From NCBI GenBank assembly GCA_030141605.1, contig JAQGDQ010000001.1, positions 682,001-746,000 of the forward strand: 64,000 bases of DNA, written 5' to 3'. The position numbers and the translations under genes are program-made. The first letter of the stretch is position 1; the number at the start of each line of letters is the position of its first letter. The stretch is from Tubiluchus corallicola (taxonomy: Eukaryota; Animalia; Priapulida). Shown here one piece after another: positions 62,801 to 64,000 of this stretch. The notes under the pieces were generated by a model, which did no database searches, had not been told where the DNA came from, and saw only the letters and a list, made by a program, of their open reading frames with translations.

Positions 62801-63379
62801 AGTAGACCATTGCCATTGCCATTATAAATAGTGCTGCAAAGCCAACTTCTGGATAATCCACAATTGCTTTCCAAATACTAATCAGAGATTATGCAAAATG
62901 ATACCCGAGTTAAACCATTAGGTGTATGCCACGTGATTCTCATGCATGTCACAAATTAGCTAACAACAGCATTTTAACTACTGATCTATGGTTAACTAAT
63001 TTGTAGTTATTTTCGAGTTCTGTAAGAAATAATGAGAAAGTAGATATTGTCACATGACTCAGATCGCTCAGTGCTCTATCAAAAAAGGTCTAAAGTAACA
63101 GTCACAATGTGGTGTATTGTAAATCTGTTCTAAAATATCTTTGCAAGGCATAGGCATTGATCTTTTTTTACTGTTAGAATAAAAGGAGCTTAGAGATTTG
63201 TTATTTTCTGGTCGTAGTTGTACAAGCGTAAATCTGTGTGTACAAGTAAATTAATTAATTTGTTTTCCGTATTTCAGAATGGCACCTTAGTTAATAGTTA
63301 TAAAGGCACCGGTGGTATATTTGAGGTTTGTTGGAATCATACAGGAGATAAAGTTGGAGCCAGTGCATCTGATGGTTCA
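47817..63379 (+). CDS. TBL1XR1: F-box-like/WD40-repeat NCoR/SMRT co-repressor subunit TBL1X/TBL1XR1 (ebi); 13 coding exons, terminal exon beyond the window
   Basis: Exons 47817-47874, 52305-52450, 52842-53001, 53328-53460, 54852-54993, 55664-55727, 57738-57835, 59325-59385, 60242-60363, 61326-61400, 62087-62214, 62461-62626, 63278-63379 (1455 nt, 485 aa, all GT-AG, phases compatible). Lis[51 protein letters not shown]; WD40 repeats [50 protein letters not shown]. Confidence 0.97.
49791..49986. repeat. 62-bp tandem repeat, about 3 copies
   Basis: Unit TTGCTTAAAGTACAATCAGTTTAAAGAGTTTGGAAAGTTTGGAAACTTCATTTTGGTAAATT recurs at 49799, 49861 and 49923, with an internal AGTTTGGAA doublet. Confidence 0.95.
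56534..57120 (+). mobile_element. Non-autonomous Tc1/mariner (pogo/Tigger-like) element, copy B
   Basis: Begins TA|CTGTTGGCGCCATTTATTAAA and is colinear with the reverse complement of 14700-15378. A possible right terminus lies near 57667 (GGATCTGTCTG|TA). Confidence 0.7.
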
Positions 63380-63636
63380 GTAAGTTTTTTCATTGTTTGT
63401 GCATGAAAAGCTGAAATCATAATTTACCTGGCTTGTTATGAAACTTAGAGGTATTTAATCAGTTGATAACTAGTTTGAGATTTTTTACATGCATTAGTTG
63501 GATTATTGTTCAGTCTAGTGAAAGAAGTAACATTACCTTAATACATGATTTATTTTACCAGGGATAATATTGTTTCATTCTTGTGCTTATAGCAGATTTT
63601 ATGGCGTAATATGTTGGTTAGAAATTATTGCAAGTA

Positions 63637-64000
63637 CCGTATTTTCCCATGTATAAGAGACCCTTGTGTATAAGAGACCCCTTCAATTTTTAGGCAAAAA
63701 TTCTGGAAAAAAGTTTTTTGGTAATGAATAACTTTATTCATCATAGAAATCATTAAATTCCTCATCACTCTCATCAAAAATATCAACTGGAGTCAGACCT
63801 TCAGCAATTCCAGCCAGTTCATCATCAGAGGAGTCACTCTGCTCAAAATTGGCATTGTCCTCTTTTGACATTTAAAAAAATAATAACTTACCCGGTACAT
63901 TAATTTTATCATTAGAATTTAGCCATGGAGAAGATTTATTGAAAGGAAACTATAATTATTCGAAATAAAACAGTTGTAGAGCACTTATTTCTTTAAAATC
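63637..64000 (-). mobile_element. pogo-like DNA transposon end in the last visible TBL1 intron (truncated by the window edge)
   Basis: Terminus TA|CCGTATTTTCCCATGTATAAGAGACCC with a duplicated TGTATAAGAGACCC subterminal motif. The minus strand encodes an acidic tail NFEQSDSSDDELAGIAEGLTPVDIFDESDEEFNDFYDE*, like pogo transposase C-termini. Confidence 0.7.

Overview
AT-rich eukaryotic genomic DNA from a metazoan, most likely an invertebrate, with spliceosomal GT-AG introns; no prokaryotic operons, CRISPR arrays, rRNA or intact tRNA were found. Four protein-coding genes were assembled by hand from splice sites and reading frames: (1) the first coding exon of a divergent tektin-3/5-like gene (minus strand, runs off the left edge) with an RFX X-box upstream; (2) a complete VPS13A/C-type bridge-like lipid transfer gene (minus, 18 coding exons, 3239 aa); (3) a complete ATG9 lipid scramblase gene (plus, only 2 coding exons, 781 aa), head-to-head with VPS13; (4) TBL1X/TBL1XR1/ebi (plus, 13 coding exons, last exon beyond the right edge). 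Introns and intergenic DNA hold hAT MITEs, pogo/Tigger-like elements, a Gypsy integrase remnant with a nested CR1 fragment, a fold-back inverted repeat and tandem repeats. Most notable: the VPS13/ATG9 divergent pair; a promoter-like cassette and splice-site chain on the plus strand inside the first coding intron of VPS13, which may be an antisense RNA or an ATG9 leader; and strong intron loss or turnover in VPS13 and ATG9 next to a TBL1 gene that appears to keep the ancestral exon structure. Homology calls come from remembered family motifs, not database searches.
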